Assembly (NCBI GenBank): GCA_052426225.1
Contig: JBNJNM010000010.1
Span: forward strand, 620,001 to 684,000
DNA from: Zancudomyces culisetae HAW-14-8
Lineage: Eukaryota; Fungi; Kickxellomycota
DNA length: 64,000 bases
Direction of reading: 5' to 3'
The notes under the pieces are model-generated. The model was given only the letters and a program-made list of their open reading frames with translations, had not been told where the DNA came from and did not search any database. This document shows positions 59,474 to 64,000 of the stretch, one piece after another. How positions within the stretch are numbered: position 1 is the first letter of the stretch; every line of letters starts with the position of its first letter. A program made the translations under genes and the position numbers.

Positions 59474-61849
59474 AAGACTTGATAAACCAAACTTTGTTCG
59501 TAGTACAAAAAAAATATTTAATTTTCAATGCAACAACGACTAAAAATACAAAATCAAAACAGACCAAATAAAAAAATCTAAAATCTAAATAACAAAAGTA
59601 AGATAAAGAGTACTACGATTTCCTAAGACTTGCGACAATGATTCCAAAAAAGAAAAGGATGCAGCAATACGAACCGAAAATAATAAACTTAATTTGGAAG
59701 GGGAGGTGGCAATCAAAGTACAAAACAAGTACAGAGCAACTGCAAGTTCAGGAATACAAAAGACCAGGAACAGAACCTAAGCCAAAATCAACTATATGTA
59801 CCGCACGCTCAGGCGGAAGAAATTAGAACCGGAATACCCCCGGAACAATACAATAGTTTCATAGGCATACTTGACATATATGTTGATCTAATGAAGATAT
59901 ACCCTTCTACAACTGTAATAAACACAATGGATATATAAATTATTTAAATTGTTTAAATTGATTAATACAAACCTAAACATATCGACATCAATATTACTAA
60001 AACAAAATTTAATACGACCAAAAAACAACTGGTACTAAACAAACCATGTTTTATTAACTCACTTAAAAAACATATTTACACACAATTTGTACAAAATGAA
60101 TATCATTCAATATATTAATCATTATTATTTTGATTACAATTTATATTATATATCATATAGTGTTAATAATATCCACAGTTAGTCGAATCAGTGATATTAA
60201 TTATTAGAAAACTAATTTATAAAAGTTGGGAAACTTAATGTGCTCAAGTTAGGATTCAAAGTTAATTAAATATGATTAAAAATTAATATTAAAACTTATG
60301 AGTAAATAATGTTATATTGACATTATCCTTGTTGTTTGTAATTATATTATATTTATATATTTGTTATATGTAAATTATCATTCTTTTAATTCCTAGCAAT
60401 ATAACGATGGAATGGCAAAATATTTGTATTATTAAATTATATATCAATCTTTATTTATTGCACCCTTTTTCATATGAGTCGGTAAATACTCTACATATAT
60501 ATTAATGCAATAAACTATAATTTATGTTTCTACAACATAGAATTAATATAAATCTCAAAATTATATATAATAACTATTTGTAGATCGATAATATATTTAA
60601 TAGGTTAAGAAATAAATACATATAGTATAAAAATAAATATTTACTAAAAATCAACCTAGGATCTTCCATCGTATGCTCGCTATACGATTGACGTTTTTGT
60701 AGTAAGGATATTGATCAATAAATTAATTTTTGTATTTTCAAATAGTCTAAAACATTTTTAATAAAACTTGACTAAAATATTATTGTATTTGTTTGCATAA
60801 TATAAAATAAGTAAGCTCAAATAAACCAAATTCATTAACAAATAATATTTATTGAAGTAAAATAATACAATTCACTAATAAATATGCAATAATTCTTCAG
60901 TCTTTAAATAACACATTTTTTAAATAATGAGCTGAAATAAATTAATGCCGTAAGTTACAAGATTTTATTTTCATATTAAGAAGAGCAGAATTAATATAAA
61001 ATATGTTAGATGTGATAACTATATTTTTCTCTGATGTATCCTAACGGAAATTCGAATAGTTTGATAATTTTTTTCAAGTGAATATAGATTGAAGAAAAAC
61101 TTAACGATAAATTTTAGATAAAAAATTAGACGACTTAATAATAAACTAGTTAAATTAATCAACGTATAGTGTAACATATCTTTATCTTTTGTAAATTATA
61201 ACATATATATATTTATTATTTTAGGCATAAGATCAGTTATCAAATATATAAATGTTTTTGTTTAGCTAACATATCGTATATTATATTATAATACATCTAA
61301 TATATTTTCTTCTTAATAAATTTATTATTTTAATTATACGAATTGTGGATACTTAATATAAATTTTCTAATTATTAGTTTGTCATGGCCAATATGTGAAT
61401 CTAACGTCCAATAACATATATTCTAGCATTATCTTTGGATTTGTTTAATATAAACCCTACAGTATTATCTTAGGAATTAAATACGAATTATTCAATAATC
61501 TTTTTTTGTGAGAGAGTTAGTTCAACATATTTAAAATAAATTTATTTATCAATTTTCGGTAGTTTAATTCTTATACAATAGTTGATTATTCTTGCATATA
61601 TATAATGATCAAATAAGAAATAAATTATATAAAATTTGATGTAAAGATTACAATGTTGGAGGTTAATATCGTATTCTGAAATAAACTTTATTGTATACGA
61701 ACATAGTAATATTCTATAGCTTAATTTAAATGTACGACGTGGAATAATCAATACTTAACACTAGCAATGTTGTCATATGGAATGAGATTATATAATTAGA
61801 ACAGTATAAAAATCTAATATACGTTGGGGGATGGAAGAAACGCAACAGC

Positions 61850-64000
61850 AACGCGATCTATCCTTATGACCTCAAATCGTTTTCGCAAGGAAAGACAAAC
61901 AGGTCAAGCTTCCAAGCTGTCTAGATTTTGAAGGAACCAAGGTTGCAATGATGTCGAAATACTGCGACATACTCTGCACCTGGTGTGATGGCCAAGAACA
62001 TTGGAAATCCTCGTGTGAAATTTACAATTTGCATCGAGAAAATAACCAACTTAACCAAAAAAACAAAAAAACCACAACAAAAAACAAAAAAACGAAATTT
62101 CACTCAAACGAAAACAACCCCGAGAAATAATTCGAGGAAGAAAAAGAAGCAAACGCTTATGCAGGGGAGATGAACAGAGAAATTAAAAACAGGATGGATG
62201 TAGACAATGAGGGAAACATCAACCAAAACAAACACTCAAATGAGGAAATGGAAACGAATAGACTAACACAGGTCGAAGAGCAACCTCACAATTGCCCACC
62301 TGACAAATATACAATTAACCTAAACACAGAAACTAAGAACTCCAATGCAGAAACCAAAATGGGTAACATCACAAACCCCACCAGCCCAAATGCCGATAAT
62401 TACCAACCAGGAATGGAATCAGCGCCAACCTAGAACGACAAAGAGAAAGTCAACAACATATTTCAAAGCAACCCCAATTCGTTTTATACAATAGGGGTCC
62501 CAACAATAGATATTCAAGGTAATTTAATCCATAAAAAATTTAAATAGTTTTTTTATTAAAGTTACATGTTTAAATAAATTTCAAATATCATAGAGGCCTC
62601 CGCTCACCGAATAAAGCGAAGGAATTTTACATTATTTAAATAAGCTATCCAGGGCATATATTTTGACTCCAGAAAGTTTATTGTAATCTCAGACATAGCC
62701 ATTTGGTCGAACTAATGGAGATATACATCCATTTGGTCATACCACACGGCAATATTAATCAAAAGTGACCATTTAACGGTTACAGAAAAATCATTTTTAT
62801 GTCAGGAAGAATCCTGCATATAAAACTAAAAAATTTATTGGATAATACGGAGTATGAACTTATTAATTTATATTTTCCCTCAACTTCGATGAGGGAAAGA
62901 AAAAACTTTATAACTTATTTTGAAAGTCAATTAGACCAATTAGGTCTGAACGAAAACATTATATTAACTGGGGATTTCAATATGTGTCGGAATAATTTGA
63001 CCGACAGATATCCCCCAAATTTTAGAAAAAATTAATGGGAAAACTTATTACCTATAATTTCCCAATTCAACTTAATTAATTTACACGATATTACTAACAT
63101 TGAAAATATCTACACTTGGGGAAGTACAAATGGCAAACAAAAATATAAAATTGACCATGTTTTAGTGTCTAATAACCTAATAAAAAATGTCAATACTTTT
63201 CGATTGATAATGCCCCATATTCTGACCATAAATCACATGCATTTAATTTATGTGAAAATCAATCAAAAAATGCTACAAAAATAACCTATTTGAGAATTGG
63301 AAATTTAATTCCAAATTTTAAATAATGATGTTTTCAAATTTGTTATGGAAACATTATATACATTTTCATTATGTGTAAGTCCATTAGAAAATTGGGCAAT
63401 ATTTAAATTAAATATCAAAGAGTATTCCATTTTGTTGAGAAAAAATTGTATACGAATCCCATTAATTTTTTAGTTAGTGAATTTAAGGTTAATAAATTGC
63501 AATTATTTCAAAAAACAAATTCGAATCAAAAAAAAATTTATCTTCAAAAATCTTTGCTCTAGACAATTAAATTAAATCTTAAATTGAAATTAAGTGACAA
63601 TGTATGGCAATTAGAACAAAAAAAAATTATTTTCTGGGACATGAAAAACCCAGCAAATACTTCTTTAATATACTAAAGTTGAAAGAGCGTATAAGATGAT
63701 TAATTCGCTAAGAGATGACAACGGTTCTTTAATTACAGAACACCATTTGTTAAAAAAAAATATATTTAATTTTTACAGTAATTTATTTGAATCTGGTCAA
63801 ACAGAAAAAATTTGCCAAAATTTTTTATTGAGCAAAATGAAAATCATTTGACCATGGAACAAAGAGAAGAAATGGATAATAAAATATCCAAAGAAGAGAT
63901 TGAAGAGGCAATTATGAACAGCCCAAGGGAAAAATCTCCAGTCCCTGATGGCCTAACTTTTGAATATTATAAAAAATATATTAATGAAACAACTAACATA
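61850..64000 (+). pseudogene. Decayed L1/Tx1-like LINE: ORF1 end and ORF2 (APE endonuclease to start of RT region), runs off the window
   Basis: CTWCDGQEHWKSSC knuckle; ILTGDFN, KIDHVLVS, YSDH, WKFNS, KSPVPDGLTFEYYK; many frameshifts. Confidence 0.88.

Noticed and set aside
55037-60688. Inverted repeat pair as TIRs of a 5.6-kb DNA transposon
   Set aside because: The repeat matches an LTR 3' end also found at 52060-52100; no transposase or TSD is seen.

Overview
AT-rich eukaryotic DNA, most likely fungal; an early-diverging lineage is my impression, not established. 1-20.3 kb is ordinary gene territory: RACK1 5' part, PTR2-type peptide transporter, secreted Q-rich CAP protein, small Cys-rich secreted protein, acyl-CoA oxidase, and a 1485-aa protein with C-terminal LRRs. 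After about 20.3 kb come an unidentified multi-hairpin island (22.9-23.1 kb), a dicistronic tRNA-Ala(TGC)/tRNA-Lys(CTT) pair, and about 40 kb of retroelements. Highlight 1: five different Ty3/gypsy-type insertions (3 full elements, 2 solo-LTR-like units) are stacked at essentially one site 4-8 bp upstream of tRNA-Ala, separated by 4-bp target duplications (TGTC/GTCT), with decay increasing away from the tRNA. Highlight 2: a family of TGTCGC...GCGACA-bounded LTR-like units carries about 90-120 codons of ORF inside the LTR, with excess synonymous change; one relative reads on into Gag and lacks a tRNA PBS. Highlight 3: an intact nested chromovirus with a Tf1-like self-priming signal and a -1 frameshift pseudoknot. 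Decayed L1/Tx1-like LINEs end the window. All calls are by eye; no searches were run.
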